Of a DNA stretch of 64,000 nt, positions 25,860 through 38,511 are shown in pieces. Every line of letters starts with the position of its first letter. Position 1 is the first letter of the stretch. Source of the DNA: Chrysomallon squamiferum (taxonomy: Eukaryota; Animalia; Mollusca). Where the stretch lies: assembly GCA_012295275.1 (NCBI GenBank), contig CM022671.1, positions 14,074,001-14,138,000 of the forward strand. Reading direction: 5' to 3'. A model generated the notes under the pieces. That model searched no databases, had not been told where the DNA came from, and saw only the letters and a list, made by a program, of their open reading frames with translations. A program made the position numbers and the translations under genes.

Positions 25860-27037
25860 TAGCAATTTTTTTTTCTATAGTACATTAAATATTGAAAATA
25901 GTGTAGAGAAACTGAAAATTGAAAATTACAGAGGTATGTAAGATAAATATATCCGACTAAAATATTAAAATCTAAAATGTAACAAAAGTTAATAACATCA
26001 CAGACCTTATTTCAGATACTAGAAATTAGAAACCATTTCAACTGATAGTTCTCTTCATCAAAAGAGCTGCTGAAAATAATAAATAATAAACCATATTATT
26101 AAAAATGAATAAATTATAAAAGTTTAGCTGCAGTAGGTAAGATATAAAAAACAAAAAAAATAGTATGAAGGACACAATCCATACATTCAAATCAGATCGA
26201 GTTAAATTTTCAACGAAAATATAAAAATCACTTAGCATTAATTGGAAATTGTGGGTATATTTATAAATAATTCAAGAAAGTAACGAAAAAAATAGTTTAA
26301 GTATGTATTACCATAATTACAATTTATAAAACTGGTACTAAGACACCTTAAATTTTGAAAACTGTACACAAATTATCAACTAAAAATCCTATAAGTAAGT
26401 AAGATAAATATTTCTGATAAAATATTAAAAGCTAAAATGTAACAACAAATTAATAGACCTTATTTTGGAAATTAGAAACCATTTTAACTCATAGTTCTCT
26501 TTCATCAAAAGAACTGCTGAAATTATTGCACTGAATTCATTGTTAAAGTAAGAATAAATATTTCTTCAGTCTATTTCAGTGTTGATATTAATCTGTGTAT
26601 CAAGGGTTTGTTGTTAAGCGTAGTCTTCCAAACTGACTAAAAGAGAAAATAAGTAATAAAACATTATTAAAAATGAATAAATAATAAAAGTTTAACTGCT
26701 GTAAATAAGAAATTATGATGGAAACAATCCTTACATTCAAATGAGATGCAGTAAAATTTTCAACAAAAATATGTAAATCACTTAGCATTAATTTGAAACT
26801 GTGGGTATATTCATAGATAATTCAAGGATCTACTGAAAACAATAGTTTAAGTATGTATTACCATAATTACAATTTATCAAACTGGTACTAAGACATTCTT
26901 TTGTAATGTCAATATCACAAAGAACACTAAGTAATAAAAAGAACAATTCTGTAACATTAATTTTTGTTTAAAAGCCTCAATAAAGCTTATTTTTCAGGAG
27001 TATAGAGATTTAGGAAATATAATCAACTGAACTACTA

Positions 27038-27098
<61 letters not shown>

Positions 27099-29404
27099 TA
27101 GCAATTTTTTTCTATAGTACATTAAATTTTGAAAATAGTGTAGAGAAATTGAAAATTGAAAATTACAGAAGTATGTAAGATAAATATATCCGACTAAAAT
27201 ATTAAAATCTAAAATGTAACAAAAGTTAAAAACATAACAGACCTTAATTCAGATACTAGAAATTAGAAACCATTTCAACTGATAGTTCTCTTCATCAAAA
27301 GAGCTGCTGAAAATAATAAATAATAAACCATATTATTAAAAATGAATAAATTATAAAAGTTTAGCTGCAGTAGGTAAGATTTAAAAAAAAACAGTATGAA
27401 GGACACAATCCATACATTCAAATCAGATCGAGTTAAATTTTCAACAAAAATAAAAAAATCACTTAGCATTAATTGGAAATTGTGGGTATATTTATAAATA
27501 ATTCAAGAAAGTACTGAAAACAATAGTTTAAGTATGTATTACCATAATTACAATTTATCAAACTGGTACTAAGACATTCTATTGTAATGTCAATATCACA
27601 AAGAACACTAAGTAATAAAAACAAAAATTCTGTAACATTAATTTTTGTTTGAAAGCCTCATAATTAAGTTTATTTTTCAGGAGTATAGAGCTTTAGAAAT
27701 AATTATCAACTGAACTACTGTATTATTATTATTATTATTATTAATATTGCTGTTATTGTTGTAGCCATTTTTGTTTTATTCAAATCAAGCTGTAGTACCT
27801 TAAATTTTCAAAAATGTACACAAATTTTCAACTAAAAATTCTAGAAGTAAGTAAGATAAATATTTCTGATAAAATATTAAAAGCTAAAATGTAACAACAA
27901 ATTAATAGGCCTTATTTCAGATATTAGAAATTAGAAACCATTTTAACTCAGTTCTCTTTCATCAAAAGAACTGCTGAAATTATTGCACTGATTTCATTGT
28001 TAAAGTAAGAATAAATATTTCTTCAGACTATTTCAATGTTGATATTAATCTGTGTATCAAGGGTTTGTTGTTAAGCATAGTCTTCTAAACTGATTAAAAT
28101 AGAAAATAATAAATAATAAAAGTTTAACTGCAGTAGGTAAGATTTAAAAAAAAAAAACATATTATGGTGGAAATAATCCACAAATGCAAATCAGATTGAG
28201 TAAAATTTTCAATGAAAATATAAAAATCACTTAGCATTAATTTGAAACTAAGGGTGTATTCATAGATAATTCAAGAAAGTACTCAAAACAATGGTTTAAG
28301 CATGTATTACCATAAATACAATTTATATACCTGGTACTAAGTCATTCTGTTGTAATCTCAATATCACAATATGAACTAAGTAATAAAAAAAGGATTAAAT
28401 ATTTCTTCAGTCTAATCAAGTGTCTATATTAATATATGCATCAAGAATTTGTTACGCTTATATTTCTAAACTGACTAAAAGAGAAAATAATAAATAATAA
28501 AATATATATTATTAATAATAAGTAAATTATAAAAATTTAATCGGTCATTAAGATTTAAAAGAAAATAAATACAGCATGAAGGAAACAATGCAAAATTTCA
28601 AATCAGACTGAGTTACAGTTAAAAACATTTAAAAAATTAGCATTGCTTTGAAACTACTGTTCTATTTACATATAATTCAAGAACCTACTGAAAATAATAG
28701 ATCAAGTAACTATTATTATGATTACAGTTTATCAGATCCTATGACATTCTATCGTAATCTCAAAAACAACACCTAATTTTCACTACCAGAAAGGAGAAAT
28801 GACAAGCAGGGATATTATAAATTTAAAAATATAAAATAATGACATCAGTAATATTGCACTGCCCGTGATATTACTGATATATTGGTGATGATCTCAAATT
28901 TGGCAGACGTGTTAGAGATCACCTGCTCAATCTCTAACAGACTTGTCTATTGACTAAACCTGTTAAAAGTTAATTGATTTCATTTAGTTAATTTCTTCTT
29001 TTACCTGCTTTGTCAAATTTCCTTTTTCTTGGAGTGAATATTTATTTTAAAAATAATGAATTAAAATAATAAATAAGAATCAAATTAAATTGCATTTAAA
29101 AGAACTTTGTTTTTGTGAATCATTCACTGTTTCTGCCAATAGCCGAGCATTGTTTCCAATTGCTGTAATGTTACACATTTATTCAGACATTTCTGATTAA
29201 ATCATTCACATTCTTAAAGTTTTGTTTAACTCATACTTAACTAATCTTTTCACATTATTTGGAAATATAATGTAAACTAAGTAATAAAAACAAAACAATT
29301 CTGTAACATTAACTTTTATTTAAAAGCCTCAATAAAGCTTATTTTTCAGGAGTATACAGCTATAGGAAATCTAATCAACTGAACTACTAAATTATTATTA
29401 TTAC

Positions 29405-29438
<34 letters not shown>

Positions 29439-30063
29439 TAGCAAATTTTTTCTATAGTACATTAAATTTTGAAAATAGTGTAGAGAAATTGAAAATTGAA
29501 AATTACAGAAGTATGTAAGATAAATATATCCGACTAAAATATTAAAATCTAAAATGTAACAAAAGTTAAAAACATAACAGACCTTAATTCAGATACTAGA
29601 AATTAGAAACCATTTCAACTGATAGTTGTTAATCAAAAGAGCTGCTGAAAATAATAAATAATAAACCATATTATTAAAAATGAATAAATTATAAAAGTTT
29701 AGCTGCAGTAGGTAAGATATGAAAAACAAAAAAAAATACTATGAAGGACACAATCCATACATTCAAATCAGATCGAGTTAAATTTTCAACGAAAATATAA
29801 AAATCACTTAGCATTAATTGGAAATTGTGGGTATATTTATAAATAATTCAAGAAAGTACTGAAAACAATAGTTTAAGTATGTATTATCATAATTACAATT
29901 TATCAAACTGGTACTAAGACATTCTATTGTAATGTCAATATCACAAAGAACACAAAGTAATAAAAAGAACAATTCTGTAACATTAATTTTTGTTTAAAAG
30001 CCTCAATAAAGCTTATTTTTCAGGAGTATAGAGATTTAGGAAATCTAATCAACTGAACTACTA

Positions 30064-30094
<31 letters not shown>

Positions 30095-31805
30095 TTTTTT
30101 CTATAGTACATTAAATTTTGAAAATAGTGTAGAGAAATTGAAAATTGAAAATTACAGAAGTATGTAAGATAAATATATCCGACTAAAATATTAAAATCTA
30201 AAATGTAACAAAAGTTAAAAACATAACAGACCTTAATTCAGATACTAGAAATTAGAAACCATTTCAACTGATAGTTCTCTTCATCAAAAGAGCTGCTGAA
30301 AATAATAAATAATAAACCATATTATTAAAAATGAATAAATTATAAAAGTTTAGCTGCAGTAGGTAAGATATAAAAAAAAAAAAAAATAGTATGAAGGACA
30401 CAATCCATACATTCAAATCAGATCGAGTTAAATTTTCAACGAAAATATAAAAATCACTTAGCATTAATTGGAAATTGTGGGTATATTTATAAATAATTCA
30501 AGAAAGTACTGAAAACAAAAGTTTAAGTATGTATTATCATAATTACAATTTATCAAACTGGTACTAAGACATTCTATTGTAATGTCAATATCAAAAAGAA
30601 CACTAAGTAATAAAAAGAACAATTCTGTAACATTAATTTTTGTTTAAAAGCCTCAATTAATCTTGTTTTTCAGGAGTATAGAGCTTAAGAAAATATAATC
30701 AAGTGAACTACTCTATTTTTATTATTATTATTTAGCAATTCTTTTCTATAGTACATTAAATTTTGAAAATAGTGTAGAGAAATTGAAAATTGAAAATTAC
30801 CGAAGTATGTAAGATAAATATTTCTGACTAAAATATTAAAATCTAAAATGTAACAACAAATTAATAGACCTTATTTTGGATATTAGAAATTAGAAACCAT
30901 TTTAACTCATAGTTCTCTTTCATCAAAAGAACTGCTGAAATTATTGCACTGATTTCATTGTTGAAGTAAGATTAAATATTTCTTCAGACTATTTCAATGT
31001 TGATATTAATCTGTGTATCAAGGGTTTGTTGTTAAGCGCAGTCTTCCAAGCTGACTAAAAGAGAAAATAATTAGTAATAAAACATATTATTAAAAATGAA
31101 TAAATAGTAACAGTTTAAATGCAGTCGATTAGATTTAAAAAAATATGTATATATTATGATGGAAATATTCCTTACATTCAAATCTGATTCAGTAAAATTT
31201 TCAACAATAATATAAAAATCACTTAACATTAATTTGAAACTGTGGGTATAGTGATAAATAATTCAAGAAAGTACTGAAAACAATAGTTTAAGTATGTATT
31301 ACCATAATTACAATTTATCAAACTGGTACCAAGACATTCTTTTGTAATGTCAATATCAACTGATAGTTCTCTTCATCAAAAGAGCTGCTGAAAATAATAA
31401 ATAATAAAACATATTATTAAAAATGAATAAATTATAAAAGTTTAGCTGCAGTAGGTAAGATTGATGAAAAAAAAAAAATAGTATGAAGGACACAATCCAT
31501 ACATTCAAATCAGATCGAGTTAAATTTTCAACGAAAATATAAAAATCACTTAGCATTAATTGGAAATTGTGGATATATTTATAAATAATTCAAGAAAGTA
31601 CTGAAAACAAAAGTTTAAGTATGTATTATCATAATTACAATTTATCAAACTGGTACTAAGACATTCTATTGTAATGTCAATATCACAAAGAACACTAAGT
31701 AATAAAAAGGACAATTCTGTAACATTAATTTTTGTTTAAAAGCCTCAATAAAGCTTATTTTTCAGGAGTATAGAGATTTAGGAAATATAATCAACTGAAC
31801 TACTA

Positions 31806-31845
<40 letters not shown>

Positions 31846-32265
31846 TAGCAATTTTTTTCTATAGTACATTAAATTTTGAAAATATTATTAAAAATGAATA
31901 AAATATAAATGTTTAGCTGCAGTAGGTAATTTTTGTTTAAAAGCCTGAATTTAGCTTATTTTTCAGGTGTATAGAGCTTTGAACAATATAATCAACTGGA
32001 CTACTATATTATTATTATTATTGTTATTGTTGCAGCAATGTTTTTCTATTTTAGTTTTATTTTTTCTTAAATGAAACTGTAGTACATTAAATTTTGAAAA
32101 TAGTATAGAAAATTAAAAATTAAAAATTATAGAAGTATGTAAGATACATATTTCTGACTAAAACATTAAAATCTAAAATGTAAGATAAATGAATCGCAAC
32201 AACATGATAGAGCTTATTTCGGATATTAGAAATTAGTAACCATTTTAACTGATAGTTATCTTTAA
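20900..32265 (+). repeat. Complex AT-rich tandem (satellite-like) array; ~650-800 bp monomers with internal (TAT)n and a ~3.6 kb higher-order period
   Basis: Landmark GAGCTGCTGAAAATAATAAATAATAAA recurs near 23703, 26063, 27301, 29640, 30290 and 31382. The non-monomer block beginning CCAGAAAGGAGAAATGACAAGC occurs near 25189 and 28786. Copies at 20.9-22.7 kb are more diverged. Confidence 0.95.
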
Positions 32266-34046
32266 TCATTTTATTTACTTCTTTTCACTAAAAATAGTAA
32301 TCTTTGTGTACTTTTAGTGACCCCTATAATAGTTAGAAGTCTTGAGTTATCTTGTTCCTAAAGTAATAACTACTTTAGGTGTTTCAGTCCATTGGGTGGC
32401 AATTTAATCCCCTTTCTCTTGTAGTAAGTTTTCATTGGCCAAATGCAATGCATTAGTGGATATCTTTTCCTTTCTGCTGTTAGGTACTCCTATTTTTCTG
32501 AAATGGGCAGCAGTGTCTAATTCTGAGTTTAAGCAGCTGTTTCCATTACACTGAGTGTGTTAGTATGTTTTCATTATTATAGTTACAGTACTGGCGTGTT
32601 TAAAATACCCACATAACATCTGCTGTGGATTAATGAATATTTTTAGTATAAAAATAGCCATAATTACAATGTCAGTAATTAGGTAGGGTATTTAATATTA
32701 TTCAACTGGATTGGTTTTAGGGGAGAAAAAATATATCTATATACATATAATTTCTTGTAATAATATGACCACATTACATTAGCGAGGTATCCATGATTTA
32801 AAATTTACAACTTTGTCTGATGAGCTGATTTCTAATCCCTGACAAGTATAAATTTTCTTTTATCAATCTTAAACAATATATTTGAGATTTCAATTTGTTT
32901 TCCTGAACTCATTCTTTAAGTGCTTTTGTTCACATATATATGTTCATTTCATTGTAATAGATGAACTCTGAAACACTTTCCATCAATGAATTTCCATTCT
33001 TATAGTTTCCATTTTATTCATTAAAGCATGTTCATAACACTTGTTTTTAATTTAATTTATGTTGTTGTTGTTGTTGTTATTATTATTATTACTACTAGAG
33101 AAAATTCAGTTAGCCAAGAATATGTTAATTTTTTTTTATCTAATTTCATCTTTCTGGTTAGAAATAGAAGGTATGTTAAAGTTTACAAAGCATCACTTTT
33201 AAAACTCACTGGAATGATAACTGACTATCTTCTTTTGAAAGAAACTGCAGTCTCAACTGACCATCTTTCTAAAATCACTGTTATGTTAAACGATCAACTT
33301 GTTTCTAAAGTCAGTGCAATGTTGAGACCATCTTCTTTCTGATGCAACGGTATTTTTAAATATCAGTCTTACTGTTTTCTTTCTCATTTATCTATTTCAG
33401 TTCTGTACTGGGAATTCAATGGTGGTGCCCTGTTGTTTTCCTAGCACACAATTAAAAGTAGATAATTTAAGCCTGTTTATTCCTTAGTGCTCTGACTGAG
33501 CCATTTCAAAATGCAGTCAGTGTTCTGAGAGTTGTTTGTCAAGTTTTCTCTCTCTTACTCTATTCTGAAATGTCTGTAAAGTTTTGTTCATTCATTCTAT
33601 AAAATGTAATATTTTATTAAACTTTTAGTTTTATTTAAGATAATTTAGTTCTTTATAATAAAAACTGGGATCTTATCCATTCAACTTTCTCATTTTGTGT
33701 TCCCCAACTGTATGATCATTTTATTTACTTCTTTTCACTAAAATATGTTACAGAAATTCTGTAAAGATGATTGTTTCTGAAAAAACAGTAATCTTTGTGT
33801 ACCTTTAGTGACCCCTATAATAGTTAGAAGTCTCGAGTTATCTTGTTCCTAAAGTAATAACTACTTTAGGTGTTTCAGTAAATTGAGTGGCAATTTAATC
33901 CCCTTTCTCTTGTAGTAAGTTTTCATTGGCCAAATGCAATGAGTGGATATCTTTTCCTTTCTGCTGTTAGGTACTCGCTATTTTTCTGAAATGGGCAGCA
34001 ATGTCTAATTCTGAGTTTAAGCAGTTGTTTCCATTACACTGAGTGT
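32265..34046 (+). repeat. Direct duplication of ~300 bp (32265-32558 and 33715-34046)
   Basis: Near-identical text from ATCATTTTATTTACTTCTTTTCACTAAAA to CCATTACACTGAGTGT; the first copy lacks ~45 bp. Confidence 0.9.
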
Positions 34047-35358
34047 CCTGCTCAGATTTATTTCACTTTTTGTAAATCAGATTTCAAAAATAGATAGTTT
34101 ATGATATATACCACACCAGTGAATTATGGAATTCTACTCAAAGAGAATGTGAATTAACTGAAGTATAGTGCAGTGGTCATGTTTTAAAAGTTTTCTCTAG
34201 ATTCTGTAATAATCTTCTGTTTTAACTTTCTGTGTATCCACACTGATTTGCTGAGATCATTTAAAAATCATTTTACTATCCTTCTTTAGCTCGTTCTTTC
34301 TTTAATATTGTTCTACAGTAACTTGCTGTTCTGGGAATTCAGGATAACTGCCCCATTCTGTTTTCCCAGAACTGAAAGTTATTAGGGAAAACTTTACTTT
34401 CACTACAAAGTCTTTTTATTGCTCTTGTGTTTAATTCAGAACACAAGGTACACAATTGAAATTATTAAAATTGTTTAGTTATCTGTAGCAAACAATGTAA
34501 AATGCGTTATAGGCACTACAATAAAAAGAGTAAATTTTGTAAAACCTTGGTTTAGATAACAGAATATACATGTAATAACAGTAATTATGTTACACTGTTA
34601 CACTGAAAATATTTCAATAAATGGCATAACTGAATTTCTTGTTTGTTAATAGTTATGTGTGCACAAATTAATTTACAACTTACACAGTGTGATTTTATGA
34701 ATAACAAATACAAATGGTTTTACTCAATGCTTTTTGATGTGTTTCTGAAATGACAGAGATTGAACATTGAAAGCAAATTCATCGACTAGTAGTTTCATTG
34801 TTTGGTGAAAGAATACATGCTGACATTAAAGTCACTAAAGTAAAATAAAATTGATCACTGTACATAAAAATATTTTAACAGGACTCACAATCTTGACAAC
34901 AGTCAAAATCTTGGGTCAGTCAGTTGTTAACACAATTTCTGGGATTCATAAACGATACTGCATGAAATGTAATGAATAAAACATGAATCAAGTTCAACAA
35001 ACTGATAACTGGTACTGGGATGATCTTCAAGTCATACTGACAGATATCATAGAAGAAATGAATAGCATTTGTTTGAATATACATTTAGGATGGAATTTAC
35101 AATCAAAGAATAATCAGTGAAGCTATTAAAAGAAGAGAAAAAAGGTATTTTACAAAAGTTAAAATGTTATTTTCAAATAGCCCAAATATGATGCACATAA
35201 GATGATATATTTAAGTTATTCCAAATTCTATTATTTTACAAATTAAATCAATGGAAAGAAATGGAAAAAACAAATAGAAACATAGGCTAATTTAGAAAGA
35301 GAATCATAAATATATTTCAAGACATTTTCATGTCCATTAACATAAAAGGAAAAAAGAT

Positions 35359-35525
35359 GGATAAATGTTCTGTTAAAGAGGTTCTATAAATCTGGAGTAT
35401 TTACTTTTTTCTTCTTTTTTTTCGGTTATCAGGGCAGTTTCATCTAAATACATGATGAATAATGATTTAATGTTACTATATTTCATCCATTAAAAAGTAT
35501 ACTGCTGTTTATTAATTATAAATTA
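35359..35525 (+). repeat. ~165-bp direct repeat of TRAF4 intronic segment 39951-40115
   Basis: GATAAATGTTCTGTTAAAGAGGTTCTA.AAATCTGGAGTATTTAC...GTTATCAGGGC.GTTTCATCTAAATA...TATTTCATCCATT is present at both sites. Confidence 0.88.
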
Positions 35526-35579
35526 TTGTCTTCTTTTAAAGACTTCATACAAAACGGATCTTTGATCAATATACATAAG

Positions 35580-35878
35580 AAGTTGCCTGAATCATTTTGT
35601 AATGCCATGTGCAGACAATAAATAACAATCAGATACCAAAAACAAATTACGCCCAAAACAATAAAAAAAAATTAAATAAAACCAAAAAGCCTGAATCAGA
35701 TGCTGTTTTCCAGTGGAGACAATAAAAAACAATTATATAATAAAAGGAAAATTAAAAACAGTAATTAAAATACATATATATATAAATAAATAAATAAAAA
35801 AAACTCCCCAAAAATATCAGTTTTAATCAGATACTGTAAAACAATGTAATGTTAAAAATAATTTAAAAAATAAAATAA

Positions 35879-35919
<41 letters not shown>

Positions 35920-36130
35920 TAATTAGTAAAGTAAAAAAATTAAAATAAATTAATAAAACAAAATAAAAATACAAACATAACGGGTGAATGAGATAGTGTA
36001 ATCCAGTGTGTAGACCACAAATAACAATCAGATACTAAAAGCAAATTAACCCCAACCAAAAATATTTAAAAAAATAAAAAACAAGAAGCCTGAATCAGAT
36101 AAGGTAATTCATTGCACAGACATTAAAGAA
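35580..36130 (+). repeat. Degenerate repeat family (GCCTGAATCAGAT...AGACAATAAA), copy region 2
   Basis: GCCTGAATCA near 35585, 35689 and 36088; ACAATCAGATAC near 35626 and 36024. Confidence 0.65.
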
Positions 36131-37893
36131 ACAACAAACAAAAAAAAGGGAAGGAAAACAAATAACACCTCCCCTAAAAAGAAATAACCCAACTGATAAC
36201 TGATAATAATAATAATCAGATAAATAAAAACCAAAATATTCTTTTTCAGTTTTGTATGTGTTATTTTTTAAAACAATAATTGAAAAGTTTGTTATGACTT
36301 AAACTGCTATGTTTTTACAACTATGTAAAAGACAGAATTCATTTTTCTTTATATAAGAAAGTTAAGGCTTCTTACTTACAGAAACCAACATGAACACAGA
36401 TGTGGACATATTGGTGTATTTAGAGGGCTACAAGAATTACCTCCCCTCCAATGATTGCAATAACAGTTTAGCACAGGTTTCAGTTATGCACAAATCAAAA
36501 TATTTTATGCTAATTGGGTTCAGTGATATAATCAAAATGTAATCAAATTTAAACTTTGCAATAATTTTGATATGTCTTGTTTTATCTCCCAACATTTCCT
36601 AGTAAAAATGTGTTTGTTGTTGCAAAGTTATGATAAAACAATACGAAGATAGGCACGAAATCACTATTATTTGTCATTCACATTTTCTTTCTTTTTATAT
36701 TTGGGCCGGTTTATTAGAAAACAACAGAAAGGTTTGGATTAATAACACATTTATTCACAATTGTATGAAAAGAATGACATAAGAAAAACAATGACTAGAA
36801 TAACATTAACAAACCATCTCAAAATACATTATTTACAATCCCATCCATGTGAAAGAGCAAGAATTGTTTTTCAGTGTTAAGATTACTGTGGGAGATTATA
36901 TTAAAAAGATAACTATACATTTCAAAAAAGCATTTGGTATCAAAACAATTCTTAAACACATTATGCTGAAAACTTTGTATTTGTAAATGTGAATATGAAA
37001 AATTTATTTCAGAAATTGCAGGGGTTTTTTTTGGGGGGGGGTTTCCCATAATCCAACTGAAAGAAGTGCAATACTGGAAAAATAAAATTTATGTCAAAAA
37101 CACAAATTTTATGCTTTTAAGTAATCATATCTCTACTTTATTATTTGTTTCTATTATTATTATTATTATTAATACTTTTCAGCACTTAAACAGTTTTGCA
37201 GCATAAAAATGAGTGAACAAAAAGAAAAAGAAATTATAAATTTTGGAAAAATAGTTGAGCCTTCATATTATTGTATTAAATAATGATGGAGTGAGTACAC
37301 TGCAATAACACTACATTCTGTTCATGAGCAGCACTAACAATTTATGACACATTAAAATTACCAAACATGACTGATTAACTGCCAACATGAAGAGCTAATG
37401 AAAGAATATCAAAATGTTTTGCTACTATGCCACTTTCAGATTGTAAACTCTACGATTCCAGTTTGAATGATACATGAATACTCTGCAAACACTTGATATG
37501 CAACACTTTTAATTTGTAGTTCAAAACAACAAGTAATTCAAATTTCCTATTATAATTCAAAATACTATGATCCAAATGAAACACATACGGTTATAATATT
37601 TTGCACATTTTCTATTAGCATTTGAACTAATAATCATTCACTTTAAAATACCAAACATAAATAATTTCTTTGTTTTATTTTTACAATGTTTTGGTAGCAG
37701 CACTAATAACTTTTTTTTTTAAATTATTCCCTGGGTTTATTCAGGCAAAAAAAAAGTTAAAAAAACAACAAAAACTAAATGGGTGATATGTTCATAGTTG
37801 TAGTTCTTTCAGGTACTGAGCTAATTTCTCTTGACTTCTAGATATATGTTATCTAAGTAAACTCAGGCAAACAGATTATTACATAAACATTGT

Positions 37894-38511
37894 TTACGGC
37901 AAGATGAATTTTTTGTTATCCACACAAACTTTGATGATGATTGAGTCATCTTTGATGTAGTCTCTGGTCTTCAGAATATCATGTGACACAAACTTTGGAT
38001 AACCAAATCCCAGGGATTCAATGTCTTTACAGGGTTTCTGAAAATGCTTCCATGTAGGATCTGGAACAAAACTTTCTGTGATATTAGCTCTGAAGTCTGG
38101 GTCATTGAATTGGTCATACAGTGTAAATGAAACTGGCAGCATGAAAGGCCAGTCTAGGATATTGTCATATTCACCAGGTAACAGTTTGATATAGGCTGAC
38201 AGAAACTTCCCTTCTCCTTGACCATTTCCATTAAGAAACACAGACAATGCAGCTTTGTAGCCGAATCGCGATGTGTAAAATGGCTGACTGACAAGCTCCT
38301 TCATACTGTTCTTATAACAAGCTTCTATGTATTTGGCCTTGTAGTTGGAAATCTTCCAGATGAAGGTTCCGTCTGTGACATGCGTGACAGCATGCACAGC
38401 AGCACACAGTTGGGAAATCTGGTTCTGTTGTTTTTTCACAAGGTTGCACATGAACTGAAGGTGTGTCTTTGTAGATTCTTCCACATGTTTGTCCATGGTG
38501 AAACGTGGGCT
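37894..38511 (-). CDS. TRAF4: TRAF4 terminal exon (coiled coil and MATH/TRAF-C domain)
   Basis: Acceptor tttgcag|AGC. Translation SPRFTMDKHVEES...GTFIWKI...PFYTSRFGYK...FLNGNGQGEGKFLSAYIKLLPGEYDNILDWPF...FGYPKFVSH; stop at 37894-37896. Confidence 0.97.
   Translation of the reverse strand, partial: SPRFTMDKHVEESTKTHLQFMCNLVKKQQNQISQLCAAVHAVTHVTDGTFIWKISNYKAKYIEACYKNSMKELVSQPFYTSRFGYKAALSVFLNGNGQGEGKFLSAYIKLLPGEYDNILDWPFMLPVSFTLYDQFNDPDFRANITESFVPDPTWKHFQKPCKDIESLGFGYPKFVSHDILKTRDYIKDDSIIIKVCVDNKKFILP

Noticed and set aside
26038-31556. Five similar 62-66 aa ORFs (MLSDFYIFVENLTRSDLNVW...) suggesting a peptide gene family
   Set aside because: They are the antisense reading of the satellite monomer, run through variable poly-T tracts, and are broken in other copies.
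20900-32265. CRISPR-like repeat/spacer array
   Set aside because: Eukaryotic DNA with monomers of hundreds of bp, no unique spacers and no cas genes.
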